Part shown: positions 12,653 through 22,782 of the stretch, in pieces
Numbering within the stretch: the first letter of the stretch is position 1
How the letters are laid out: each line of letters begins with the position of its first letter
Assembly (NCBI GenBank): GCA_025457615.1
Contig: JALOTZ010000019.1
Coordinates: 3,100-67,099 of the forward strand
Length of the DNA: 64,000 nucleotides
Reading direction: 5' to 3'
DNA from: Verrucomicrobiota bacterium
Lineage (GTDB): Bacteria; Verrucomicrobiota; Verrucomicrobiia; Limisphaerales; DSYF01
The notes under the pieces: model-generated
Told to the model about the DNA's origin: nothing
What the model saw: only the letters and a program-made list of their open reading frames with translations
Databases searched by the model: none
Position numbers and translations under genes: made by a program

Positions 12653-13810
12653 ATGCCCCCCGCCACTTCCAAAGGCGCCCCATCCGTCTGCCTGATCCAT
12701 GGCGAGGACGATTTCAGCGTCAAACAGAAGGCGCGCGCCCTGTTCGCCGAGTGGGCCGCCGGCCTCGAGAGCATGGACCAGGAGACCATCGACGCCACCG
12801 CCGGCCATTCGGAGGAAGCCCTGCGCGCGCTGGGCCGGCTTCGCGAAGCTCTCAACACCCTGCCCTTCTTCGGCGGCAGCAAGCTGGTGTGGTTCAAGGA
12901 TTGCAACTTCCTCGGGGACGACCGCACCGCCTCCGCGCAATCGGTGACGGAGGCGCTGGGTGAACTTGCGGATGAACTCAAGGGGTTCTCCTGGCAGGGC
13001 GTCCGGCTCCTGATCAGCGCCGGCAAGGTGGACAAGCGCCGCACCCTGTTCAAGACCCTCGACAAACTCGGCGCGGTCGAGGAATGCCACGGGTGGTCGG
13101 TCAACGACAAAGACTGGGCCGCGCAAGCCGAAGCCTGGGCCCTGCAGGCGATCCGCTCGCAGAACAAGCAGATCCAGGACGACGCTCTCGGTGAACTGAT
13201 CGAACGCGCCGGGGGGCAACCCCAGCAACTGGCCTCCGAGGTCGAGAAGCTCGTACTGTATGTCGGCCAACGGGCGGGGATCACCCGTCAGGATGTCGAG
13301 GCCATCTGCCTGCGCAGCAAACAGGCCCGAGCCTACGCCCTCGGGGACGCCCTGGGAGATCGCGATCTCCCCACCCTGCTCCGCCGGCTTGACGAGGAAT
13401 TGTGGGAGGTCAAACTGGACACGCAAAAGTCCGAGATCGGGTTGCTCTACGGAATCATCTCGAAAGTGCGATCGATGTTGCTGCTCAAAGAAATGCTCAG
13501 ACAGAAGTGGCTCCGGCCCTGCAAAGACTTCTCCTCCTTCAAATCCCAACTGGAACGCATCCCGACCGACCGCCTGCCCGAGGACCGGCGCTACAGCCCC
13601 TTGGGAGTGAATCCCTACGTCCTGTTCAAAGCCCTCCCGCAAGCCGCCCATTACACGACCGAGGAACTGGTGAAGGCCATGGGCCTGCTGCTCCAGTGCA
13701 ACCGCCGCCTCGTCGGCAGCGGCATCCATCCGGCCCTGCTGATCCAGCAAACCTTGGTACAGATCGTCGGCACCGGGGCCCTCCCACGCCCGAAAGGCCG
13801 CCCCGCATGA
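12653..13810 (+). CDS. holA: DNA polymerase III subunit delta
   Basis: LIHGEDDF, TLPFFGGSKLV, DKRRTLFK, SEVEKLVLY, YALGDAL. Confidence 0.88.
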   Translation: MPPATSKGAPSVCLIHGEDDFSVKQKARALFAEWAAGLESMDQETIDATAGHSEEALRALGRLREALNTLPFFGGSKLVWFKDCNFLGDDRTASAQSVTEALGELADELKGFSWQGVRLLISAGKVDKRRTLFKTLDKLGAVEECHGWSVNDKDWAAQAEAWALQAIRSQNKQIQDDALGELIERAGGQPQQLASEVEKLVLYVGQRAGITRQDVEAICLRSKQARAYALGDALGDRDLPTLLRRLDEELWEVKLDTQKSEIGLLYGIISKVRSMLLLKEMLRQKWLRPCKDFSSFKSQLERIPTDRLPEDRRYSPLGVNPYVLFKALPQAAHYTTEELVKAMGLLLQCNRRLVGSGIHPALLIQQTLVQIVGTGALPRPKGRPA

Positions 13811-14331
13811 ACCGCCCGGCCCCCGAGATCCTGGTTTGCGCCGACGGCACCAGCGTCTGCATCCGCATCCGCGGACGCGCGGACGTCACCATCAGCGTGG
13901 GATTCAAGGAATTGCTGACGGGGCTCCATGAGCGGGGGTTTCAGCATTACGAACTGGAGTTGTCCGAGTGCCAGGTCATGGACAGCACGTTCCTGGGCGT
14001 GTTGTGCGGGTTCGCCCAGCGTCGTGAGGCCGGAAGCGACGGGAGGTACGAGAAACCGATTCTACTGAACGCGAACGAACGGATCACGGGCCTGCTCACC
14101 AGCCTGGGGGTGAGCGAAATGTTCGTGTTCCGGACCGGACGTCCGTCCGACGAGGGGCCCTGTGCAGCGGTTCCCCCAGGCCCGGGACGTCCGAGCCGCG
14201 AGGATCTGGACAGCACCTCGCTCGAGGCTCACCAGACCTTGATGGCCCTGAACCCGGACAACATCCCCCGGTTCAAGGATCTGACCGAGTTCCTGGCCGA
14301 GGATCTAAAGAAGTTGAGGAGCTCCCAGTGA
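13807..14331 (+). CDS. STAS-domain anti-sigma factor antagonist
   Basis: ATG overlaps the holA stop; LSECQVMDSTFLGVL with phosphorylatable Ser; LEAHQTLMALN tail. Confidence 0.88.
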   Translation: MNRPAPEILVCADGTSVCIRIRGRADVTISVGFKELLTGLHERGFQHYELELSECQVMDSTFLGVLCGFAQRREAGSDGRYEKPILLNANERITGLLTSLGVSEMFVFRTGRPSDEGPCAAVPPGPGRPSREDLDSTSLEAHQTLMALNPDNIPRFKDLTEFLAEDLKKLRSSQ

Positions 14332-15800
14332 GCGGCGCCTTCCTGGTGCAGGCCGGCCTGCTGGGGGCCATCGAAGGGATGGCCGCGCTCTGGGCGACAC
14401 TCTTTTTCGCCGCCTGCGGCCTGGTGGCTCTCCTGCGCCTCAAGCTCAACGCGGAACAAACGCGCGCCAGGGAACTCGAAGTTCTTGTGGACTTCGCCGC
14501 CCGCCGGCGGCGTCTGGCCATGGAACTGTTCCAGGTCCTCGGGTCAGCCTTCGAGACCCGGGTCAGCCTGGACAACCTGCTTCGCTCCACCGCGGTTTTC
14601 TTCATGCGCATCGCCCAGGCCACCGGCGCCATCGTGTACGTGCTCGATCGCGAGCGGGAACGGCTGAAACCCGCCGCCCTCTGCGGCACGCTGGGCGGGT
14701 CGATCGGGTCCGGCGCCGCCCGGCTCCAGCAGGAATCGCCCGGCATTCCCCTCGGCGAGGGGATCCTCGGCGAGGCCGCGCTCTACGGCCGCCCGGTGTT
14801 CATCAACGATTGCTCGACCGACACGCGCCTGGAGTTTCTCGGCACTTCCACCCTGCGAATTGAGAACGCGATGGTGGTCCCTCTCCGGTTTCGCGACCGT
14901 TCCCTCGGAGTGCTGGTGGTGGTGAATCACATGGGCGAGGACGGCACCGTGGGCAAGCCCTTCGGCCGGGTTGAGTTTCAACTGCTGGAAGCGCTGGCCA
15001 TGTACGCCGCCGGAGCCCTCTACCTCGCGCTCACCTACCTCGAGCAGGCCGAGAAACAGCGGCTGGACTTCGACCTGGGCGTGGCCAGCGAAATCCAGCG
15101 CATGCTCCAACCACAACATTCCCCGGTGCTGCGCAATCTCTCCGTCGTGGGCCAAAGCCGTCCGGCTTATCGCGTGGGCGGGGATCACTATGATTTCATC
15201 GAACTCGGCGGCTCCCGCCTGGGGGTGCTTATCGCAGACGTGTCCGGCAAGGGCGTCACCGGGGCGCTGGTCATGGCCATCTGCCACGCCATCGTCCGCA
15301 CCCACGCCGCCCGCCATTTGCAGCCAGCCGACGCCGTCAAAGAATTCCGCCGGCTCCTGATCGAGGACATTCCCGAGGACCGGTTCATCACCCTGACCTA
15401 CGGCATCCTCGACACCGAGACCCGTGAGTTCCGGTTCGCCCGCGCCGGTCACGATCCCCTGCTCTGCTACCGTGCCGCCTCCGGCGCGGTGGAGGTCCTG
15501 TCCCCCAAAGGCGGCGCGATCGGACTGGATCGCACTGACCGCTTTGATCGCAGCCTCGAACAACAATCCATCACCCTCGCGCCCGGAGACACGATTGTGT
15601 TGTTCACGGACGGGCTGACCGAGGCGGAGAATCCAGAGGGAGACGAGTTCAGTCTGAACCGGCTCAAAGCGTTGATCGCCGAGCGGGGAAGTTACACCGC
15701 CGCAGACTTGGGCCGGGTCATTTACGAGGGCGTGGAGGCGTTCGCCAAGGGCGCCCCTCCCTTGGACGATCAAACCCTCGTGGTGATCAAGGCCCGCTGA
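14328..15800 (+). CDS. GAF + PP2C (SpoIIE/RsbU-family) phosphatase
   Basis: N-terminal TM, GAF (GEGILG), VGGDHYD, IADVSGKG, RAGH, FTDGLTE, DDQT. Confidence 0.93.
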   Translation: MSGAFLVQAGLLGAIEGMAALWATLFFAACGLVALLRLKLNAEQTRARELEVLVDFAARRRRLAMELFQVLGSAFETRVSLDNLLRSTAVFFMRIAQATGAIVYVLDRERERLKPAALCGTLGGSIGSGAARLQQESPGIPLGEGILGEAALYGRPVFINDCSTDTRLEFLGTSTLRIENAMVVPLRFRDRSLGVLVVVNHMGEDGTVGKPFGRVEFQLLEALAMYAAGALYLALTYLEQAEKQRLDFDLGVASEIQRMLQPQHSPVLRNLSVVGQSRPAYRVGGDHYDFIELGGSRLGVLIADVSGKGVTGALVMAICHAIVRTHAARHLQPADAVKEFRRLLIEDIPEDRFITLTYGILDTETREFRFARAGHDPLLCYRAASGAVEVLSPKGGAIGLDRTDRFDRSLEQQSITLAPGDTIVLFTDGLTEAENPEGDEFSLNRLKALIAERGSYTAADLGRVIYEGVEAFAKGAPPLDDQTLVVIKAR

Positions 15801-15809
15801 AGATTTCCC

Positions 15810-17069
15810 TTGAACCCGGATCCCTCCGCACGCCTTTTTCCACCCCGCCGCTCGGCCCATCCGCGCCGCGTGGTGGTGACCGGAGGCGGCGTGATCACAG
15901 CGCTGGGCCAGGGCTGGGCACCCAACGCCGCCGGATTTCGCGCCGGTCACTGCGGCATCCGCCCGGTCTCGCTCTTCGATGTCTCAGGCCAGCGGGTCAA
16001 GGTGGCCGCGGAGGCGGTGGTTCCCGAAACCATCCCGGGCTCGCGCCTTTCCCCAAAGCGTCTCTCCCGCTCGGACCGGGCCACCCGACTGCTCCTGACC
16101 GCCGGTCATGAGGCTTGGACCCAGTCGGGCTGGGAGACGACAGACCGCCTGCCCTTGATCCTCGCCACCACCAGCGGCGGGATGCCCCTGGGCGAAGCTT
16201 ACTATCGCGACACCCTCACCCACCCGACGCATCGGCGCCAGCAACCCACGCGCATCCTCAGCTACCAGGCCCAGCGCCAAGGCATCGATCTGCTGGACTC
16301 CCTGGGCTGCTCCGGATCCGTCTCGATCATCGCCAATGCCTGCGCCTCCGGCTCGAACGCCATCGGTCACGCGTGGGAAACCGTGCGGTCCGGACAGGCC
16401 GATCGGGTGCTGGCCGGCGGTTACGACGGACTGTGCCATCTGGTCTTTGCCGGCTTCGACTCGCTGCAGGCGCTGTCCCCCACGCAGTGCCGTCCGTTCG
16501 ATGCCGCCCGGGACGGGCTGGCCTTGGGCGAAGGAGCGGCCGTGCTGGCGTTGGAAACCCTCGAGTCCGCCCGCCACCGCTCAGCCGACATCCTCGGCGA
16601 AATCATCGGTTACGGTGCTTCGACCGACACGCACCACCTCACCCAACCGCACCCCGAAGGCGCTGCCGCGCTCGCCTCCATGCACCAAGCCACGCAGGTC
16701 GCCGGCATCCACCCTTCCGAAGTCCACTACATCAACGCCCACGGCACGGGCACCGTCCTGAACGACGCCGCCGAAGCCGCCGCCCTCAATGCCTGGGCTG
16801 GCGAGGCGGTTTCCCATCTCCACGTCAGTTCCACCAAGGCGTCCGTGGGACATCTGCTGGGCGCGGCGGGCGCCGTCGAAGCCGCCGTCTGCCTGATGGC
16901 GCTCGACGGACAATGGCTGCCGCCCTCGCTCTCCACAGTCACCGTCGATCCCGCCTGCCGGTTCCAGGTGATCACCCAACCCGCCCAAGCCAGCCTCAAC
17001 ATCGCGCTGTCCAACTCGTTCGGCTTCGGCGGCGCCAACGCCACGTTGATCTTCAGGAGGTGGACATGA
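15810..17069 (+). CDS. Beta-ketoacyl-ACP synthase (FabF-like KS)
   Basis: Catalytic ACASG (Cys), NAHGTGT (His), GHLLGA (His), NSFGFGG; start uncertain. Confidence 0.93.
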   Translation: MNPDPSARLFPPRRSAHPRRVVVTGGGVITALGQGWAPNAAGFRAGHCGIRPVSLFDVSGQRVKVAAEAVVPETIPGSRLSPKRLSRSDRATRLLLTAGHEAWTQSGWETTDRLPLILATTSGGMPLGEAYYRDTLTHPTHRRQQPTRILSYQAQRQGIDLLDSLGCSGSVSIIANACASGSNAIGHAWETVRSGQADRVLAGGYDGLCHLVFAGFDSLQALSPTQCRPFDAARDGLALGEGAAVLALETLESARHRSADILGEIIGYGASTDTHHLTQPHPEGAAALASMHQATQVAGIHPSEVHYINAHGTGTVLNDAAEAAALNAWAGEAVSHLHVSSTKASVGHLLGAAGAVEAAVCLMALDGQWLPPSLSTVTVDPACRFQVITQPAQASLNIALSNSFGFGGANATLIFRRWT

Positions 17070-18091
17070 GCGGCATCCGAGTAACCGGTTGGGGCGCGGT
17101 CTCGCCCGCAGGCTGGGGTGTTCTGCCGCTCATCGAAGTGTGCACGAACGCCCAGCCCTGCGAGACGGCACCTCTAACCTGTCCCGGCTGGCCGAAACCG
17201 ATCCCCGTCCGCCGGGTCCCCCCTCCGACGCCACGACCGACCTTCCTGGCGCACCCACGCCTTCGACGCAGCAGTTCCATCTCGCTCCACACGGCGGCCG
17301 CCGCGCTCGAGGCGTTGGGGCCTCGACTCGAGGCGATCCAATCCGGCCAACGCAGACTGGGGATCGTGTTTACTTCGCTCACCGGCTGTGTTTCCTATTC
17401 GCGCCGGTTCTACGATGAGGTGCTGAAGGATCCCGCCACCGCCAGCCCGATCCTCTTTCCGGAAACCGTCTTCAACGCGCCGTCCAGCCACCTCGCGGCG
17501 TACCTAAACACCCAGGCCATCAACTACACCATGATCGGAGACCCCGGCACGTTCCTGCAAGGACTGGCCGTCGCGGCCGGTTGGCTCCTGGATGGACGGG
17601 TGGACCTCGGCCTCGTGATCGGCGCGGAGGAACTCGATTGGCTGGTCGCCACCGCCCAGCGCCGCTTCAGTTCGGACGTGGTGATCAGTGAAGGCGCCGG
17701 TGCGCTCGTGATCGAGCGAGCGGAGGCATCCGGACCCGGCATCGAAATCGACCGCATCAGCGAGCCCGTGCTCTACACCGCCGCAACCTCCCAGGCGGCC
17801 GCGGTCCGGCGGGTTCGGAACGAGGCGGGCGTGGACAACGCTGACACGGTCTTGGTGGACAGCCTGACCGGCGCCCCACACGTGGACCGGGCTGAGGCGA
17901 ACGCCTGGTCCGATTGGACCGGGCCGCGAATCTCGGTGAAGAAGCTTCTGGGCGAACCCTTCGCGGCGGGCAGCGCCTGGCAATGCGTGGTGGCCGCCGA
18001 GCACCTTTCTCGCGGACGGCACTCCAGCGCCATCGTCAATGTCGTCGGCTGCAACCAGCAAGCCATCGCCGCCCGGCTGGTGGCCCGATAG
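17066..18091 (+). CDS. Ketosynthase chain-length-factor-like protein (non-catalytic KS partner)
   Basis: ATG overlaps the KS stop; GWGAVSP, SPILFPETVFNAPSSH, SEGAGAL; catalytic Cys position reads GDPG. Confidence 0.85.
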   Translation: MSGIRVTGWGAVSPAGWGVLPLIEVCTNAQPCETAPLTCPGWPKPIPVRRVPPPTPRPTFLAHPRLRRSSSISLHTAAAALEALGPRLEAIQSGQRRLGIVFTSLTGCVSYSRRFYDEVLKDPATASPILFPETVFNAPSSHLAAYLNTQAINYTMIGDPGTFLQGLAVAAGWLLDGRVDLGLVIGAEELDWLVATAQRRFSSDVVISEGAGALVIERAEASGPGIEIDRISEPVLYTAATSQAAAVRRVRNEAGVDNADTVLVDSLTGAPHVDRAEANAWSDWTGPRISVKKLLGEPFAAGSAWQCVVAAEHLSRGRHSSAIVNVVGCNQQAIAARLVAR

Positions 18092-18276
18092 CCCTTCGGG
18101 TTCCAGCTTGGGGTCGCATCTTCACATTCCATTTGAACCGCTTCCTGACCGGCCTCCGAACCTCGCCTCTCGCCGTGATCTCACGAATGCAGAATGCGGA
18201 TTTCAGGCTTGTCCGGACCGGTCTTCCAGCACAGGCTTCGCGCTCGGGTTGGATTGGCAGCCCCTTCAACGAGACC

Positions 18277-18546
18277 ATGGACGACATTGCCGCACTGAAG
18301 ACGCGCATCAAGGAATTGATGGTCGAAAACCTCATGCTGCAGATTCCGGCCGCCGGGATTGCGGATGACCAGGCGCTGTTCGGCCCGGACAGCCTCGGTC
18401 TGGATTCGGTGGACGCCCTGCAACTGGTCGTGGCCCTGGACAAGAACTTCGGCCTCAAGGTGCCCAATCCGGAAGCCGCCCGCCTGGTGCTCGCGTCCGT
18501 CAACGCCATGGCGGAAGCCGTCCGACAGAAGCAGGCCGGGGGCTGA
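18277..18546 (+). CDS. Acyl carrier protein
   Basis: 89 aa; LFGPDSLGLDSVDALQL phosphopantetheine-Ser motif of secondary-metabolite-type ACPs. Confidence 0.92.
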   Translation: MDDIAALKTRIKELMVENLMLQIPAAGIADDQALFGPDSLGLDSVDALQLVVALDKNFGLKVPNPEAARLVLASVNAMAEAVRQKQAGG

Positions 18547-18566
18547 GCGCACACTTCGCACCGACC

Positions 18567-19823
18567 ATGAGCCAACCCGAATACGACGCCATTATCATCG
18601 GGGGCGGCCCCGGCGGCAGCGCGGCGGCCACCTATCTGGCCAAGGCTGGACGCAAGGTGCTGGTTCTCGAAAAAGCCCGGTTCCCCCGGTTTCACATCGG
18701 CGAGTCGCTCCTGCCCTACAACCGCGAGGTGTTCGAGGAAATGGGCGTGCTGCCCGCGCTTGAACGAGCCGGTTTTCCCACCAAGCACGGAGCCCAGTTT
18801 CACCTGGGTAATTCCAGCGTGCAACTGAAGCTCAAGTTTCAGAACGGCGCCTTCACCCGCCACACCACCGCCTTCCAGGTCGATCGCGCCACCTTCGACC
18901 ACATCCTGCTGCAACACGCCGAAGAATCCGGCGCCACGGTGCGCGAAGGCTGGACGGTCACCGACTTTCAGAACCAAGGTGACTGGGTCCGCGTCGAGGC
19001 GCGCAACGGCGACCCGCACCCACGCTCGTTCACAGCGAGCTACCTGGTGGATTGCAGCGGCCGCGCCAACCTGACGGGCAACCAGGAGCAGCTTCGCATC
19101 CCCCACCAGGCGCTGCGCAAGGTGGCGGTGTTCGGCCACTTCGACGGCGTCAAACTGGACGATGGCCCCACGGCGGGCGACACACTGATCATCCGGCTGG
19201 AGAACAAATGGTTCTGGATCATCCCCACCGGCCCACAACGCATCAGCGTGGGCCTGGTGATCGATCAGGAGGAGTTCGCCCGCAGCCGGCAATCCCCGGC
19301 CGCCGTATTCGAACAGGTGGTCCAATCCAGCGCCGAAATGCGCGACCGGATGAACTCAGCACGCCTGCTCACGTCCATTCAGGTCACCACAGACTTCTCG
19401 TATTACAACCGGCGCCTGGTCGGGCCGCGGCTGCTCCGGGTGGGAGACGCCGCCGGGTTCATGGACCCGATCTTCTCGGCCGGTGTCTATCTGGCCATGT
19501 ATTCCGGACGTCTGGCCGCGCGGACGGTCATGGCATGCCTGGCGTCCGAGGGGAGCGCCGCGAAGCACCTGGCCCGGTATGAAAGGCGGATCTTCGCCGC
19601 GCTGCGTTATTACTGGGACCTGTCCCTGGGTTTCTACGACCCCGCTTTTCTGGAACTGTTCATGCAACCCCGCGAAGTGGCGCGCGTGCGGGACGCGATC
19701 GTGGCCATGCTGGCCGGGGAGATCGAAGGCGGCTGGAAACTGCGCTGGCGCCGTGCCTTCTTCTTCCTCCTCGTCCGCCTGCAACGCTACCGCGCGCTGG
19801 TGCCCCGACTCTCGTTCCACTGA
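18567..19823 (+). CDS. Flavin-dependent halogenase-like oxidoreductase (PltA/CmlS type)
   Basis: GGGPGG FAD motif, FPRFHIGESLLP, Lys in GFPTKHGA, WFWIIP (WxWxIP), GDAAGFMDPIFSAGV. Confidence 0.85.
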   Translation: MSQPEYDAIIIGGGPGGSAAATYLAKAGRKVLVLEKARFPRFHIGESLLPYNREVFEEMGVLPALERAGFPTKHGAQFHLGNSSVQLKLKFQNGAFTRHTTAFQVDRATFDHILLQHAEESGATVREGWTVTDFQNQGDWVRVEARNGDPHPRSFTASYLVDCSGRANLTGNQEQLRIPHQALRKVAVFGHFDGVKLDDGPTAGDTLIIRLENKWFWIIPTGPQRISVGLVIDQEEFARSRQSPAAVFEQVVQSSAEMRDRMNSARLLTSIQVTTDFSYYNRRLVGPRLLRVGDAAGFMDPIFSAGVYLAMYSGRLAARTVMACLASEGSAAKHLARYERRIFAALRYYWDLSLGFYDPAFLELFMQPREVARVRDAIVAMLAGEIEGGWKLRWRRAFFFLLVRLQRYRALVPRLSFH

Positions 19824-19856
19824 ACCCAAACTGGAGTTCGATGTCCGGTGTCTTGA

Positions 19857-20588
19857 ATGTCTGGTTCCCTGCCAACCCTCGACCTGACCCTGCCTTCCCC
19901 CGCCGAGAACCTCGCGCTGGACGAAGCGCTGCTGCTCGAGGCCGAAGGGAGCCAGGGACCGGAGGTGCTCCGCTTCTGGATGTCCTCCACCCCGTTCGTC
20001 GTGATCGGACTCGGGGCGAAGGCGCGTGAGGAGGTGAATCTGGAATCGTGCTGTCGGCGCGACATCCCGGTGCTGCGCCGCTGCAGCGGCGGCGGAACCG
20101 TGGTGCAAGGGCCCGGCTGCCTGAGCTATTCGCTGGTCCTGCGCATCCCGGAATCGGGCCCCCTGGCCGGCATCACCGCCACCAATCGATTCATCATGAA
20201 CCGTCACGCGACCGCGCTCGCGGCGGTCCTCGGACGGCATGTCACGGTGGAAGGCCACACCGACCTGGCCCTTGACCACCTCAAGGTGTCCGGCAACGCC
20301 CAGCGGCGGATGCGTCGTCACCTGCTCTTCCACGGCACGTTCCTCCTGGACTTCGATCTGGACCTGATCACGGAACTGCTGCCGGAGCCGGCGCTCCAGC
20401 CGGCCTACCGCCACCGCCGATCCCATCATCATTTCTTGCGAAACCTGAATCTGCCGGAGGCCAACCTGAAACAGGCCTTGCGGGAAACCTGGCAAACGAG
20501 CGGAGTGTTTGAGCCGATTCCCCGGCAGCAGGTGGCCGGGCTGGTCACGGAGCGTTATGGCCGGCCCGACTGGAACTTTCGCAGATGA
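19857..20588 (+). CDS. Lipoate-protein ligase family protein (BPL_LplA_LipB)
   Basis: NLALDEALL, RRCSGGGTV, KVSGNAQ, HGTFL; catalytic domain only. Confidence 0.88.
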   Translation: MSGSLPTLDLTLPSPAENLALDEALLLEAEGSQGPEVLRFWMSSTPFVVIGLGAKAREEVNLESCCRRDIPVLRRCSGGGTVVQGPGCLSYSLVLRIPESGPLAGITATNRFIMNRHATALAAVLGRHVTVEGHTDLALDHLKVSGNAQRRMRRHLLFHGTFLLDFDLDLITELLPEPALQPAYRHRRSHHHFLRNLNLPEANLKQALRETWQTSGVFEPIPRQQVAGLVTERYGRPDWNFRR

Positions 20589-20750
20589 GCAGGCCGGGGC
20601 AGCGACCGTTTCAGTCGTGACTCGCAGGCCACACACCAGCCCCCAGGAGAAAGACACGCTGTCACCACCCGGTCGAGCCGCGCGCACTTCGGGCAATTCC
20701 ATTCACGCCCGGCCCTGCCCGGCTCGCGGGCTTGGCGACCAAATCCAGGA

Positions 20751-22640
20751 TCACGGCTTCTTCACCTCCAACCGGAAGAATTCCGCGGTCGCGGCGGGAT
20801 TCACCGGATGGGTGAAGGACTGGATGCTGGCGGGCAGATCAATTGCGCCGGGCAATGCGCTGTAGTTGCCGGCCGCGTTGGTGCTGTTCCGAACGGTATA
20901 GACCCGGCCGGTCACGGTTTCCCAGGTCATCAGCACGTTCGTCTGGCCCGGCCAGGCAAGACTGGTGAAGCGCAACTGGCTCGCCGGATTCGTGGGCACC
21001 AGGCCGGCAATGTACGATTGCCAGAGCGGATACCCGTTCGCGCCGGTGTTGGTGACGACGGTTTCCTGGTTGCTGGTGTAACCGTATTGCGCCAGCCACC
21101 AGTAGGGCGTGGGATGATTGGTGGTGAACCTTTCCGCGAACAGCGCTGTCACATTCAGGTTCGAACTGACGGTGACCGGCACCGGGTTGTTCGTGCCGTT
21201 CAAACCGCCGGACCAATGGTTGAAAAGGAAATACGGGGCGGGCGTGGCCGCAAAGGACACCTGGCCCCCCACGGGATAGAACCCGCTGGGTGGACTCACG
21301 CTGCCCCAGGTCAATTCGTTGACGCTGGTGAGGATTTGCGCCTGCAACGTGCCGCCCCAGGCCAGCGCGTAGTCCGTGCTGGAAATGGTGCTGGTGACCT
21401 CCAACGCGTAGCGCCCCGGTCCCAGCGAGGTGTAGATGTGCTCGACGTTCTGGAGCGTGCTGACACTGCTGTCCAGTTGCGTGCCCAAGGTGAACCCGGT
21501 GGCCGCGTAAAGCCGGAGATTCATGTCGGCCACCGTCACCTGCAGGTTGCCGAACCCCGAACCCACTCCGTCCGAGACCTTGCGGTTCCAGGTCAGGATC
21601 ACGGAGAAATTCGTCAGCGCGAATCCAGTTGGCACGTCAAAAAAGTATCGCGCCGGGCTGGCGCCGGAGGTGGCAAAATCCCAGCCACGATTGGAGACGG
21701 TGACGGAACTGCTCGAGGCGTACTCGCCCGCCACCAGGAGGTGATAACTGTTCTGGATGTTAAGCTGCCCCGCGCCGTAGGTCTGGTCCAGCGGCTGCGT
21801 GGGAGTGCGCGTCCAACCCGGGAACGGGCTCTTGGTGGCGCCGGCCAACAGCAGGGCTTTGATGACTTCGGAGTTGGCCCGTGCGTTGACGAGCCCGGAC
21901 GATCCGTCGGCGGTTTGCAGCAGCAAGGCCGCCGCGCCCGACACCGTGCCGCACGAGTAACTCACGGCATAAAAGGCGGACGGCGCCACGATCTCCGGCT
22001 TGATGCGCCCCGCCACGTCGAAGGTGGTGCCCCCCGAGCTGTGGTTGCCGCTGGGCACACCCACCGAGATCGCATTGTAGGCATGCGCCATCAACGCCGG
22101 CACCGGATTCGTGGTGAAATTGTTCACCCCCACCACGGCCACAAAACCATCCCGCTGGATGGCATAGTCGAAGCGGCGCAGGATCTCCTGGTCGGTGGAC
22201 TGGCCGAAGGTGTTGTAAACCCAACTGTGGTTCTGAATACGTCGGTTTTCCGTGTAGGGTTCCACATTGGTGCCGTATCTGAGAAAGTCTTCTTGCAACC
22301 ACCCGCTGGCGTAATACGCGTCGATCTGCGTCATGCCCGGAGCGACGCCATTGGTGCTTCCGCAATAACTGCGCGCCACGGTGGTCGCATGGCCGGAAAC
22401 CCCACTGGCTCCGGACTTCAAGGTGACCGTCTTGCCTGCCAGCTCTCCGTTGCTGGCGTCGGCCGGGTAGTTGCCTTGTTGGTCGAGCGCTTCCACCTGG
22501 CTCACACTGATGCCCGCCCCGGTGGGAGCGCCGGCGCCGAGCTCCGCCAGCAACGCCGTCAGACCAATGTCGTCCTTGTGACCCGCCCACCCGGCCGGAA
22601 CCGCGGCGACCAGGATCAAGCTCACCCCCACCCGCCGCAT
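20751..22640 (-). CDS. Secreted S8/subtilisin-like protein with C-terminal beta-repeat and sorting-like domain
   Basis: Signal peptide from ATG 22640; SGHATTVA (His), IKPEIVAP, KALLLAGA, YGAGQLN; InlB-B-like FNHWSGG repeat; C-terminal WETVTGRVY..EFFRLEV. Confidence 0.75.
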   Translation of the reverse strand: MRRVGVSLILVAAVPAGWAGHKDDIGLTALLAELGAGAPTGAGISVSQVEALDQQGNYPADASNGELAGKTVTLKSGASGVSGHATTVARSYCGSTNGVAPGMTQIDAYYASGWLQEDFLRYGTNVEPYTENRRIQNHSWVYNTFGQSTDQEILRRFDYAIQRDGFVAVVGVNNFTTNPVPALMAHAYNAISVGVPSGNHSSGGTTFDVAGRIKPEIVAPSAFYAVSYSCGTVSGAAALLLQTADGSSGLVNARANSEVIKALLLAGATKSPFPGWTRTPTQPLDQTYGAGQLNIQNSYHLLVAGEYASSSSVTVSNRGWDFATSGASPARYFFDVPTGFALTNFSVILTWNRKVSDGVGSGFGNLQVTVADMNLRLYAATGFTLGTQLDSSVSTLQNVEHIYTSLGPGRYALEVTSTISSTDYALAWGGTLQAQILTSVNELTWGSVSPPSGFYPVGGQVSFAATPAPYFLFNHWSGGLNGTNNPVPVTVSSNLNVTALFAERFTTNHPTPYWWLAQYGYTSNQETVVTNTGANGYPLWQSYIAGLVPTNPASQLRFTSLAWPGQTNVLMTWETVTGRVYTVRNSTNAAGNYSALPGAIDLPASIQSFTHPVNPAATAEFFRLEVKKP

Positions 22641-22782
22641 GAACGGCAGGCTCCTCACGTCTGTGGGGGGAGATGCGACCCACGCATCCGGTTTGGGTAA
22701 CGACTTTTCTTGAACATGAGTACGGCTTGAATCGAGACTGACCCCAAACCCCACCCCCCGGCCAGCAGACCAACCCCAAGAC

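Noticed and set aside
12170-13750. 526-aa minus-strand ORF
   Set aside because: Antisense to BFN and holA
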